A DNA stretch of 64,000 nt from Nitrospiraceae bacterium (GTDB lineage Bacteria > Nitrospirota > Nitrospiria > Nitrospirales > Nitrospiraceae). Both the position numbers and the translations under genes were made by a program. The first letter of the stretch is position 1. Each line of letters starts with the position of its first letter. The stretch lies in assembly GCA_050246315.1 (NCBI GenBank), contig JBFWWG010000005.1:1-64000 (forward strand), written 5' to 3'. This document shows positions 37,498 through 46,655 of this stretch, one piece after another. The notes under the pieces were generated by a model, which had not been told where the DNA came from, did not search any database, and saw only the letters and a program-made list of their open reading frames with translations.

Positions 37498-37635
37498 TTA
37501 GCAGGCTGCGGAAAACCCTCCGTTCATCCGTCGAGGGCCTCCGGACGAACGGAGCGATTATTGAATAGACCGGTGGTTTCCGATCGTGCTGAGCCTGTCG
37601 AAGCACACAAATCGAGTTTTTTCGCAGCCTGTTAG
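37498..37635. mobile_element. MITE-like element with REP-like core
   Basis: TTAGCAGGCTGCGGAAAAC / GTTTTTTCGCAGCCTGTTAG ends; inner GTGCTGAGCCTGTCGAAGCAC. Confidence 0.7.
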
Positions 37636-37649
37636 ACGCGAGGTGATCG

Positions 37650-37934
37650 ATGATGCCTGGAAGAAAGCGGACCCTTGTCGCTCGGGTTCTGGCAGGAGCC
37701 GGCTGTGTCTGTGGCATAGTGGGCTTCACCATGCCTCCGACCACTCAGATCGCTGGACCAGTCGACTTTGACTGGTTTGCTGCTGGAACCGCGCTGATTG
37801 TCTTCGCCGTCTATCTGCTGGTGGACGGAGCGGTTGCATTCCAGAAAGCTCACAATGGGCATGAGGCGGAACCGACAATCAGGCGAGATTCCCACCGTAG
37901 TCGTAGTACTCACACGAAATCAGTGAGCCCCTAA
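37650..37934 (+). CDS. Small two-TM hypothetical protein
   Basis: GAGGTG RBS; two hydrophobic segments. Confidence 0.5.
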   Translation: MMPGRKRTLVARVLAGAGCVCGIVGFTMPPTTQIAGPVDFDWFAAGTALIVFAVYLLVDGAVAFQKAHNGHEAEPTIRRDSHRSRSTHTKSVSP

Positions 37935-38105
37935 CCCGCACTATTCAAGATGACTTCTATCCCAACCGCCGTGCGACCCGTTGTCACCGAAGAGCAACGG
38001 ATGCCCCGGCTGCGACGAGCTTGGGAGCGAGTGCTTGGCTCCCAAGCTCGTCGCAGCGGCGTATCGGCGGTTGCAGTAGAAGCATTCATGAATAATGTGG
38101 GCTAA
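37931..38105. mobile_element. MITE-like element, family A
   Basis: Right end GTTGCAGTAGAAGCATTCATGAATAATGTGGGCTAA nearly identical to 50751-50786. Confidence 0.7.
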
Positions 38106-38447
38106 CGCTCCTTCCATGCTCGCTCGTTTCCTCTTCTCCACAGACATGGGTGTGACCATCATTGCATTCGAAGCAATGGCATCCCTGTTGGTCCGACTAC
38201 GGCCGTGGAGTGAGCACCGCCCTTCACTGAAATCCGATTGACCTCGCGTGCACACTCCGGGAGCGAAGAACCAACAGGGTGCCGTTCATGTTGCTCTTGT
38301 AAGACTCTGCCTTTTCACCCGAATAGAGCCGCGCTCCGCACCGGGGCGGGCATGCCGGCCATCAGCTCTGGTCCTGCTGCGCACGGTTTGACGCGACGGT
38401 CCGGAAGCCGTACTCTGCGTGTGTGACGCCTACACATGGAGGAGGGT

Positions 38448-38660
38448 ATGGCGACCAACCTTGCGATCGACGATGTGTTGTTGGAGCAGGCACGACGTGT
38501 GGGAAAGCTCCGGACGAAGAAGGAGACGGTCACGCTGGCCCTGACCGAATTCATCCAGCGCCGCCGGCAGCGGGACATTCTCAAGGCGCTCGGCACGATC
38601 GAATTCCGAAAGGGATGGGACTACAAGAAGGACCGTCGCGATCGTGAATCTGGTCGTTGA
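38448..38660 (+). CDS. vapB: VapB-family antitoxin
   Basis: MATNLAIDDVLLEQA...TKKETVTLALTEFIQRRRQ...WDYKKDR. Confidence 0.88.
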   Translation: MATNLAIDDVLLEQARRVGKLRTKKETVTLALTEFIQRRRQRDILKALGTIEFRKGWDYKKDRRDRESGR

Positions 38661-39051
38661 CACCTCCGTCTGATCGTTGGTGCTGCAGCGGCCTCGGGTT
38701 GATGAAGACGACGCCCATGTACGAGCCTTTCGCCGGCATCTTGATTTCGGCGATGGACTCTTTCTCATCGGCAACATTCTTCAGGAACTCCTCGACGGGC
38801 TCCGCTCCACCAGACAGTTCGACCACCTATTGACTCTGCTTGACCCGTACCCGCTTCTCGACTTGGACCGACAGACCTATGTCGATGCCGCCCGCCTCCG
38901 ATCTCTGTGCCGCTCAAAAGGCGTCACTGCCAGCCCGATCGAGTTTTTGATTGCAGCGGCATGCTGCCAGCACGGCTATCCTCTCCTGACGGCCGATAGA
39001 GAGTTTCAGCAAATCGCCAATCATTGTGACCTCGTCACATTGTCCGTCTAA
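38644..39051 (+). pseudogene. vapC: VapC/PIN toxin with nonsense codon at 38671-38673
   Basis: MNLVVDTSV*SLVLQR...ILQELLDG...LIAAACCQHGYPLLTADREF. Confidence 0.85.
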
Positions 39052-39348
39052 TGCTCCTTCCATGCTCGCTCGTTTCCTCAATCCTCGTCGGGGTGAGGAT
39101 GGCGGGCTTTCGGTGCGACTTGCGAGAGGTTGCATGGTCTCGATGGTTTGGTCCGCCGAAGGTGAGACGGCGAGCACTGTTCGCAGTTCCGTTCGGACGC
39201 AGTCCCAGACGGAACAAGTTGCACAGCCGAGCGCCGACGAGGCCGTGCGGTCGCACCCCTCGCCGGAGCAGAGCGGGCCAGCCGTCCTCATACGCTCCAC
39301 TATCCTGTAAGACTCCCCCTTCTCAGACGACTACCCGCTATACCATCT

Positions 39349-39440
39349 CATTACGACATCATTGTGATTGACACCGGTCCCGGCGTCGGCATCCTCGCTT
39401 GGAAGCTCGCACCATCTGGCAAAGAAAATCCTGCGGCTGG
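39349..39440 (+). pseudogene. Degenerate duplicate of the 5' end of the GMC oxidoreductase gene
   Basis: HYDIIVIDTGPGVGILAWKLAPSGK versus HYDIIIIGTGPGGGTLAYKLAPSGK at 40233 onward. Confidence 0.8.
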
Positions 39441-39489
39441 TGAGTAGGCAACAGATCGCGGTTGGAGGGGAGAATCTAGACGCGGTCAG

Positions 39490-39834
39490 CTAGTGACGGC
39501 CATTCCTGGTCCGTCGAGTTGAACTCCGTATTCCGCTCGATCTGCGAGCGATAAGCCAATTTTTGAACGATGCCTGGCTTTCGCCGGACGGTCTTCCTGC
39601 GAGGAGGCCCTCGACGCTGATGTCCTCGTCAAGTTTGCCCCAGTGAATACCGTGCCCCCGTCCGATCAATCTCCAGTTCTTGCGTTCTGCCGGTGTCGCG
39701 TGGACCAATCGAGGGAACCAAGCGAGCGGCACTGACAGGCTTCGCCCGTCACTGAGCTCTACCGTCAGTGTGTCTTCCGTCACCGTCACCGCTTCCGCCG
39801 CGGGTACTGCGATCTCAACGGCCGAAGTATTCAT
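39490..39834 (-). CDS. DUF2442-domain protein
   Basis: LTVELSDGRSLSVPLAWFPRLVHAT...GIHWGKLDEDISVEGLL. Confidence 0.88.
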   Translation of the reverse strand: MNTSAVEIAVPAAEAVTVTEDTLTVELSDGRSLSVPLAWFPRLVHATPAERKNWRLIGRGHGIHWGKLDEDISVEGLLAGRPSGESQASFKNWLIARRSSGIRSSTRRTRNGRH

Positions 39835-40058
39835 CCCAAGCCTCCTGAAGGGTGTCCTGATGCTCGGTCACGAGCTTATGAATGCGACCGATTTCAGCTT
39901 TCAGCACGCGAAAAGCCGCCGCTATCCTGCAACCGGATAGGGGCAAGTCACAATTTGGCAACCTTGTCCTCTCGTTCAATGTGCACGTGGGATGGCTCCT
40001 CTCGATCGCAGGCGTAAAAGAAGAACCGATAGGGGACAACCCTCAGAACTGTCGGCAT
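39815..40058 (-). pseudogene. DUF4160-domain protein with premature TGA (39948-39950) and a 7-bp tandem duplication (39892-39905)
   Basis: MPTVLRVVPYRFFFYACDREEPSHVHIEREDKVAKL*...EAWDEYFGR. Confidence 0.82.
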
Positions 40059-40217
40059 GGAGAAGCGCTCATCACGAAACCCATCTTAACATGTCGGTTC
40101 TCTCAAGCTGAGGCATTCTGCCGCTTCCACTCGACGAACGAGTCGATTTCCGTTTCTGCCGTGCTGTGTAAGGACTCGCCGTCGTGGACGACTCTGTTCC
40201 GTAACGGGAGGTCTTCG

Positions 40218-41789
40218 ATGTGTACGCCGAATCACTACGACATCATCATTATCGGCACCGGTCCCGGAGGAGGCACGCTGGCCTATAAGCTGGCGCCGTC
40301 GGGTAAAAAGATCCTCCTCCTGGAGCGGGGCGGGTACTTGCCACGTGAAAAGGACAACTGGAACACCAAAACTGTTTTCATCGAGAACCGATACAAAGCC
40401 AAAGAAACTTGGTGCGACAAAGACGGCAACGCGTTTCACCCCGGCATCCACTACAACGTCGGCGGTAATAGCAAAGTCTATGGCGCGGCCCTGCTGCGCA
40501 TGAGGGCACAGGACTTCGGCGAGGTGAAGCATTACGGAGGTATTTCACCCGAATGGCCGATCCGCTATGACGACCTCGAACCCTATTACACCCAGGCCGA
40601 GCATCTCTATTACGTGCACGGCAATCGTGGCGAAGATCCGACCGAACCGAAGGCCGGCGCGCCCTACATATATCCGGCCCTCAGCCACGAGCCTCGCATT
40701 CAAGAGCTTCACGATGACTGGATGAAGATGGGTTATCACCCCTTTCACTTGCCGGTCGGTGTGATGCTGGACGAAAACCAGAAAGAGAAGAGCGCCTGCA
40801 TTCGCTGCAACACCTGCGACGGCTATCCCTGCTTGGTGAATGCGAAGGCCGACTCGCAAGTCGTCTGTGTCGATCCGGCGTTACAGTACCCGAACGTGAC
40901 GATGGTGACGAATGCTCTGGTCAGCAGGCTCGAGGCCAGGGGCGCGGGGCGAGAGGTGACCGGGGTGGTCGTGGAAAGAAACGGCCAGATGGAGACGTAC
41001 AAGGCCGATATCGTGGTCGTCTCCTGTGGGGCGATCAATTCGGCGGCGCTGCTACTGCGCTCTGCAAACGACAATCATCCCAACGGCTTGGCCAATTCAT
41101 CCGATCTCGTCGGCCGCAACTACATGTGTCACAACAACTCGGCCATGCTCGCGATCTCCAAGGCGCCCAACCCGACGGTCTTTCAGAAGACGATCGGCCT
41201 GAACGACTTCTACCATTCCTCCGCCGACTGGGACTTTCCGATGGGCCATATCTCGATGATCGGTAAGTCTGACATGGAGACGTTGCGGGCCGGCGCGCCG
41301 GCCTTCGCGCCGGGTTTCGCGCTCGATCAGATGGCGAAACATTCGCTCGATTTCTGGATGACCTCTGAAGACCTGCCCGATCCCGACAATCGCGTGCTGG
41401 TCGGCAAGGAAGGGAACATCGCGCTGCGCTATACGGAGAACAACCTGGAAGCGCACGAACGCCTGGCCGCCAAGCTCAAAAGCATGTTGAACCATCTGGG
41501 CTGCGAAAAGCATCTGCTGCCGACGCACTTGTACCTCGGGAAGAAAATTCCCATCGCCGGCACGGCGCACCAGTGCGGCACGGTCCGGTTCGGGCGCGAC
41601 CCGAGGGCCAGCGTCCTCGACATAAACTGCAAAGCGCATGACCTGGACAATCTCTACGTCGTCGATGCGAGCTTCTTCGTATCGAGCAGCGCGGTGAATC
41701 CGTCGCTGACGATCATGGCCAATGCGCTGCGCGTCGGAGACCACCTGTTGCAAAGACTCGGCGCAAGGTCGCCGGAGGCTATCGCATGA
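40218..41789 (+). CDS. GMC-family FAD oxidoreductase
   Basis: IIGTGPGGG, VGGNSKVYGA, CIRCNTCDGYPC, AHQCGT, VNPSLTIMANALR; GGAGG RBS. Confidence 0.93.
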   Translation: MCTPNHYDIIIIGTGPGGGTLAYKLAPSGKKILLLERGGYLPREKDNWNTKTVFIENRYKAKETWCDKDGNAFHPGIHYNVGGNSKVYGAALLRMRAQDFGEVKHYGGISPEWPIRYDDLEPYYTQAEHLYYVHGNRGEDPTEPKAGAPYIYPALSHEPRIQELHDDWMKMGYHPFHLPVGVMLDENQKEKSACIRCNTCDGYPCLVNAKADSQVVCVDPALQYPNVTMVTNALVSRLEARGAGREVTGVVVERNGQMETYKADIVVVSCGAINSAALLLRSANDNHPNGLANSSDLVGRNYMCHNNSAMLAISKAPNPTVFQKTIGLNDFYHSSADWDFPMGHISMIGKSDMETLRAGAPAFAPGFALDQMAKHSLDFWMTSEDLPDPDNRVLVGKEGNIALRYTENNLEAHERLAAKLKSMLNHLGCEKHLLPTHLYLGKKIPIAGTAHQCGTVRFGRDPRASVLDINCKAHDLDNLYVVDASFFVSSSAVNPSLTIMANALRVGDHLLQRLGARSPEAIA

Positions 41790-43180
41790 TCGCCAGAATG
41801 GACGAGAGCGAGCATCAAGAGGCGGCCTGCTGGATCGATCCGGAGCGCAAGCACGTGGTGATCCTGGGCGGAGGCTTCGGCGGAGTCTCTGCCGCCTTGG
41901 AATTCGAGAAGACGCTGGCCTGTGACCCTGGGGTGCAGATCACGCTCGTCAACCGAGAAAACTTCTTTCTCTTCACCCCGATGCTGCACGAGGTGGCGTC
42001 CAGCGACCTGGATATGACCAACATCGTCAACCCGATCCGCAAGCTGCTGCGTCGCGTGGAGTTCTTTCACGGTGAGGTGCACTCGATCGATCTGGCACAG
42101 AAGCAGGTCCACGTGGTCCACGGGCGGACCTCCCACGGACACACGCTGCCCTATGATCATCTGGTGCTGGCCTTCGGATCGGTCACGAACTTCTACAATC
42201 TTCCCGGTCTGGCGGAGCGGGCCTTGACGATGAAGACGCTCGGCGACGCCATTTATCTGCGTAATCGCATGATCGCCCATATGGAGGAGGCCGACTTCGA
42301 ATGTTCGGCCTCGCTGCGGAAGCCGCTGTTGACCTTCGTGGTCGCGGGCGGCGGGTTCGCCGGAGTGGAAACGATCGCCGGCATGAACGACTTTCTTCGG
42401 GAGGCGATGTCGTTCTATCCACACCTCCGGCCCGATATGCTTCGACTGATGCTGGTGCATTCAGGCGGCGTCATACTGCCGGAACTCGGCGAGCAATTGG
42501 GCCGGTATGCCCACAAGAAGCTGTCGGAACGCGGCGTCGAGATCAGGACCAACACGAAGGTGGTCGAACTGTCGGATCATGAAGTGCGTTTGAGCGATGG
42601 GACGCGTCTTACCACAGCGACCGTCGTCTGGACGGCGGGAACCGCGCCCAATCCACTGCTCTCCTCGTTGCCATGTCAGTCTAAAGGCGGGCGATTGCTC
42701 GTGAACGATTGTCTGGAGGTGCCGGGCTGGTCCGGCGTCTGGGCGCTCGGCGACTGCGCGCTGATTCCGGATCAAGTGACCGGCGGCTACCATCCGCCGA
42801 CGGGCCAACATGCGCTGCGGGAAGGAAAGATCGTCGCCCGCAACGTCACGGCGGCTTTGCGTGGGACGGCACGGCAGCCGTTCCGGTTCAAGACGATCGG
42901 CCAGCTTGCGGCCATCGGCCGGCGCACGGGCGTCGCCAGAATCCTTGGCTTCAATTTTTCCGGTGTGATTGCCTGGTCTCTGTGGCGGGGGATTTACCTC
43001 AGCAAGCTCCCGCGCATCGAAAAGAAAGTGCGCGTGGCGCTCGATTGGATGCTCGATGTCATTTTCTCGAAGGATCTGGTGCAGTTCCAGACGGTACGGG
43101 GTGAGGCTCCGGCGGCCATTGCGATGACTCGGCCGGCGGCTCAGGTTACCGGAGAGCCGGTGGGTTCGAGTATGAGCTGA
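41786..43180 (+). CDS. Type II NADH dehydrogenase-like flavoprotein
   Basis: ILGGGFGG, FTPML, VAGGGFAGVE, WALGDCA. Confidence 0.9.
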   Translation: MIARMDESEHQEAACWIDPERKHVVILGGGFGGVSAALEFEKTLACDPGVQITLVNRENFFLFTPMLHEVASSDLDMTNIVNPIRKLLRRVEFFHGEVHSIDLAQKQVHVVHGRTSHGHTLPYDHLVLAFGSVTNFYNLPGLAERALTMKTLGDAIYLRNRMIAHMEEADFECSASLRKPLLTFVVAGGGFAGVETIAGMNDFLREAMSFYPHLRPDMLRLMLVHSGGVILPELGEQLGRYAHKKLSERGVEIRTNTKVVELSDHEVRLSDGTRLTTATVVWTAGTAPNPLLSSLPCQSKGGRLLVNDCLEVPGWSGVWALGDCALIPDQVTGGYHPPTGQHALREGKIVARNVTAALRGTARQPFRFKTIGQLAAIGRRTGVARILGFNFSGVIAWSLWRGIYLSKLPRIEKKVRVALDWMLDVIFSKDLVQFQTVRGEAPAAIAMTRPAAQVTGEPVGSSMS

Positions 43181-43183
43181 TCC

Positions 43184-44263
43184 ATGTTGATGAGAAACCG
43201 ATTAACCCGCTGCTCTGCGATCCTCGCAGTCCTCCTGTGTCTGCCGACAATGCCGGCGACAGCAGGAGAGCATTATGTCGCAGTCACCGCGGTGAAGGCC
43301 ATCGGCTTCACCGTTTCCGATATGGACCGGTCCATCGCCTTCTACCGCGATGTGCTGACGTTTGAACAAGTCAGCGATGTGGAGGTGGATGGACCGGAGT
43401 ACGATCAACTCTATGGCATCTTCGGCGTACGGGCGCGTGTCGTGCGCATGCAGCTCGGCGAGCAACAGATCGAGCTGACTCAGTTCATCTCGCCGCCGGA
43501 TCTTCGGCCGATGCCGATGCCGTCGTACAGTCATGACCTGTGGTTTCAGCACTTCGCGATCGTCGTGCGCGATATGGAAGCCGCCTGGACGCAGTTGCGC
43601 AAGCATCACGTCCGCCAAATTTCGCCGAGGCCGCAAACGATTCCCGTGACCAATCCACCTGCCGCCGGCATCAAAGCGATCAAATTTCGAGATCCGGACG
43701 GCCACAATCTTGAACTCCTCTGGTTTCCGGCGGACAAGGGGAACCCCATCTGGAAGAGATCATTCTCACCCGCCCACCCCGGAGCCGCCGAGACGGCTCC
43801 TCTACCCGAATCGGACCTGTTCATGGGCATCGACCATACGGCCATGACCGTGCGGAGCACGGAAAGCAGTACAAAATTCTATCGCGATCTGTTGGGCATG
43901 ACGGTGGCCGGAGGGACGCTCAATATGGGCACCACCCAACAGTATCTCGATAGTTTGCCCGGTGCCCGGACGCGCGTGACCGGCCTGACGCCGATGGCCA
44001 GTCCGCCGGGCCTGGAGTTTCTCGAATATGAATTGCCCGCAGCCGGCCGGCCATTTCCCACCGATTCGCGCCCGACGGATCTCTGGCATTGGCAAACCAC
44101 GTTGGTCGTTTCTGACATCGAGGCTGCGGCTGCTCAATTGCAGGGAATGGGGCAAATGATTTCCTCCGGGGTTGCCACGTTCCCGGAGAAGGCATTGGGA
44201 TTTGGAAAAGGCTTTATCGTCCGGGATTCGGATGGGCATGCCATGCAGATTGTGTCGCCATGA
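43184..44263 (+). CDS. Exported VOC/glyoxalase-family protein (two domains)
   Basis: GFTVSDMDRSIAFY, FQHFAIVV, FRDPDGHNLEL, GIDHTA, RDSDGH. Confidence 0.88.
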   Translation: MLMRNRLTRCSAILAVLLCLPTMPATAGEHYVAVTAVKAIGFTVSDMDRSIAFYRDVLTFEQVSDVEVDGPEYDQLYGIFGVRARVVRMQLGEQQIELTQFISPPDLRPMPMPSYSHDLWFQHFAIVVRDMEAAWTQLRKHHVRQISPRPQTIPVTNPPAAGIKAIKFRDPDGHNLELLWFPADKGNPIWKRSFSPAHPGAAETAPLPESDLFMGIDHTAMTVRSTESSTKFYRDLLGMTVAGGTLNMGTTQQYLDSLPGARTRVTGLTPMASPPGLEFLEYELPAAGRPFPTDSRPTDLWHWQTTLVVSDIEAAAAQLQGMGQMISSGVATFPEKALGFGKGFIVRDSDGHAMQIVSP

Positions 44264-45072
44264 GCACGACGACCGTCGCGGCGATCGGATTGCCGAAGAT
44301 GATATCGACGTGGGTCAAGCTGAGCCTTGGAACGGCAGCGATCGTCGTCGGCTGGTGGGGTGTCGCCTCGGTCGACTATGAGCGGTATCTTTCTCCGACC
44401 ATCATAACGGAGTGGTTGCAGGATGCCGGTCCCCTGGCGCCACTACTCCTGATTGGCAGCATGGCTTGTGCGGTCGTCATCCCTCCGATTCCGAGTCTGC
44501 CGCTCGATCTTGCGGCGGGAGCCGTCTTCGGGCCGTTCCTCGGTACTGTGTATGCGGTATTGGGAGCGGAGGTGGGGGCTATCGGCGCGTTTCTCATCGC
44601 CCGTTCAGCCGGGCGTGAGACCCTGTCCCGGTATCTCAAGACCGACGCAGTGTTCTGCCAGATGTGCACGGACCATCAACTGATGGGGCTCACGTTCTTC
44701 GCGCGGCTGATCCCGGTCTTTTCGTTCGACGTGGTGAGCTATGGCGCCGGCTTGAGCAATATTTCCCTCAGAACCTTTGCGTTGGCGACGTTGTTCGGGA
44801 TGATCCCGCCGACCTTCGCCTTCACCTATCTGGGCAGCAGCGTGGCCTCGGCCCAATGGTCGTTGATCATGGCAGGCGGCCTGATGGTGTTGTTCTTCCT
44901 CTTGATGCCCAAGCTGCTCGCACGACATCGGAGGAGCGCTTTCGCTCGGTTGTTCCTGGGACCTCCTCCGGTGGCCGAACTCGACACCTCCAGGACGTCC
45001 ACACCTGTTCGTCCAGAGCGATCGCCTTCTCCCTTCTGTGCAGGCTGCGGCACATTACTCATCCAAAGGTGA
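44260..45072 (+). CDS. TVP38/TMEM64 (DedA superfamily) membrane protein
   Basis: PIPSLPLDLAAGAVFG, RLIPVFSFDVVSYGAGL. Confidence 0.88.
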   Translation: MSTTTVAAIGLPKMISTWVKLSLGTAAIVVGWWGVASVDYERYLSPTIITEWLQDAGPLAPLLLIGSMACAVVIPPIPSLPLDLAAGAVFGPFLGTVYAVLGAEVGAIGAFLIARSAGRETLSRYLKTDAVFCQMCTDHQLMGLTFFARLIPVFSFDVVSYGAGLSNISLRTFALATLFGMIPPTFAFTYLGSSVASAQWSLIMAGGLMVLFFLLMPKLLARHRRSAFARLFLGPPPVAELDTSRTSTPVRPERSPSPFCAGCGTLLIQR

Positions 45073-45240
45073 CTGTCAGCGACTCGTTCTCGGCCGCCCA
45101 TCCCCATGCGGCGCACTCCTCTCCTCCCAAGAGTCTTCCCCCCGACGGGTCACTCTTGACGCGGCCGCGGGCCGCTGATACGATTCGGTAACCTAACTAT
45201 AAAGAGTGAAGCCGGTGAGGAGGAAGAAAGGGAGGTCTGC

Positions 45241-45858
45241 ATGACGCAGCATGAACGGATCGTGGCGATGCTCTATAGCGATCCAAATTGTCCGTTCTGT
45301 TATGCCCTTGGGGAGCGTCTGCTGCTCCTCGGCGTGGAGCATGAGATCGAATGGCGTGGCGTTCAACATGCGCCGCATCTACCGATTCCGCGGGACGAAC
45401 GCAACGCTCGCCTGAATGCTGAGATCGGCCGTGAAGTGCACTTCGTGGGGCGACTGGCGCCGGAGGTGCCGATTCGGACCTTGCGCGGAAAGCCGAATAC
45501 CGGTCCGGCCATACGGGCGATTGCGGCGGCGCTCCACATCGATCCCGCTCTGGGACATGCACTGAAGCGACGAGTGTATCGAAGCCTCTGGCAGTCGGAC
45601 GCGGATATTTCGGACGAACAGGTCATTGCGGCTTGCGTGCGCGGGGTGGGCCTGCCGGAACTGCACATCGGCTCCGACATTGATGCGTTGACGAAGCGAT
45701 GGCAGCAGGAGTGGGCAGAGGTGGGGGTGAACAGTGTGCCCTTGCTGGTCCGCCGCGACGGGGAACTACTCAGTGGACTCGTGACAACGGAGCAGTTGGC
45801 AGAGTTTTTTGACCTCACATCAAGCAGGGAGATTCGGTCGGTCGTGAGTCGAGCCTAA
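45241..45858 (+). CDS. DsbA/FrnE-like thioredoxin-fold protein
   Basis: YSDPNCPFCY and GVNSVP. Confidence 0.82.
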   Translation: MTQHERIVAMLYSDPNCPFCYALGERLLLLGVEHEIEWRGVQHAPHLPIPRDERNARLNAEIGREVHFVGRLAPEVPIRTLRGKPNTGPAIRAIAAALHIDPALGHALKRRVYRSLWQSDADISDEQVIAACVRGVGLPELHIGSDIDALTKRWQQEWAEVGVNSVPLLVRRDGELLSGLVTTEQLAEFFDLTSSREIRSVVSRA

Positions 45859-45908
45859 GGCGGCGTGCATGGTCGTTTATCATACCTACACAGCATGGAG
45901 GAATCAGG

Positions 45909-46358
45909 ATGAAGCAGTCATCTCGGGCCGCGTCGTTGGTGCTGATGGGCGTGATCGGTCTTGTGGGATTCGTTGGGTGCGCGGAAACCCAGATGGCGTC
46001 CAAGCCAAGCCTATATCAACGGTTGGGTGGGAAGGAGGCGATCACCGCGGTGGTCGATAAGTTTGTGGGGAACGTCGCTGCCGACAACCGCATTAACAAA
46101 TTCTTCGCGAGCACGGATATCCCCAAACTGAAGACCCATCTGGTCGATCAGGTCTGCGAGGCGACCGGCGGTCCGTGCAAGTACAAGGGCCGAACGATGA
46201 AGGCGACCCATGCCGGCATGGGCTTGACCAATGCGGATTTTGACGCCCTGGTCCAGGACTTGGTGGCCGCGCTGGATTTCTACAAAGTCGGGAAGGTTGA
46301 GAAGGACGAGCTGCTCGCGGCCCTCGGTCCCATGAGGAGCGAGATCGTCGAACGATAG
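45909..46358 (+). CDS. Group I truncated haemoglobin with lipoprotein signal
   Basis: FVGC lipobox; SLYQRLGG, RINKFF, GGPCKYKGRTMKATHAGM. Confidence 0.9.
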   Translation: MKQSSRAASLVLMGVIGLVGFVGCAETQMASKPSLYQRLGGKEAITAVVDKFVGNVAADNRINKFFASTDIPKLKTHLVDQVCEATGGPCKYKGRTMKATHAGMGLTNADFDALVQDLVAALDFYKVGKVEKDELLAALGPMRSEIVER

Positions 46359-46655
46359 GACCTTGCCCTGCTGTGATCGCGATCGCCGAAGCCGACGCAC
46401 CTTGTACTGAATCTTCCACGCCACATTTCATTCACTCTTCCGCATGACGACTCCGGGAAGGTTCCGACCAACTCGGTGCTCCGTTCGCTCAGTTGGCGAT
46501 CCAGACAACGGTCGCCGTCCGGTCTGCGCACGATGAGCCGCTCGAATCGGACGGGCAAGCCGTGTATCCTGCAAGTTCCCGCTGCCTGACCGGGCAGTCC
46601 AGTCGTCACGTTGGCCAGTATTGTCCCTGGACGGTTTTCACGGGAATCTCTGGCG

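Larger units (their letters stand above)
38102..39079 (+). repeat. 32-bp direct repeat (38102-38133 and 39048-39079) bracketing vapBC
   Basis: CTAA(C/T)GCTCCTTCCATGCTCGCTCGTTTCCTC, 31/32 identical. Confidence 0.8.

Noticed and set aside
39882..40217. 112-aa N-terminal extension of the GMC ORF
   Set aside because: Overlaps the DUF4160 pseudogene; the RBS and FAD-binding motif point to ATG 40218
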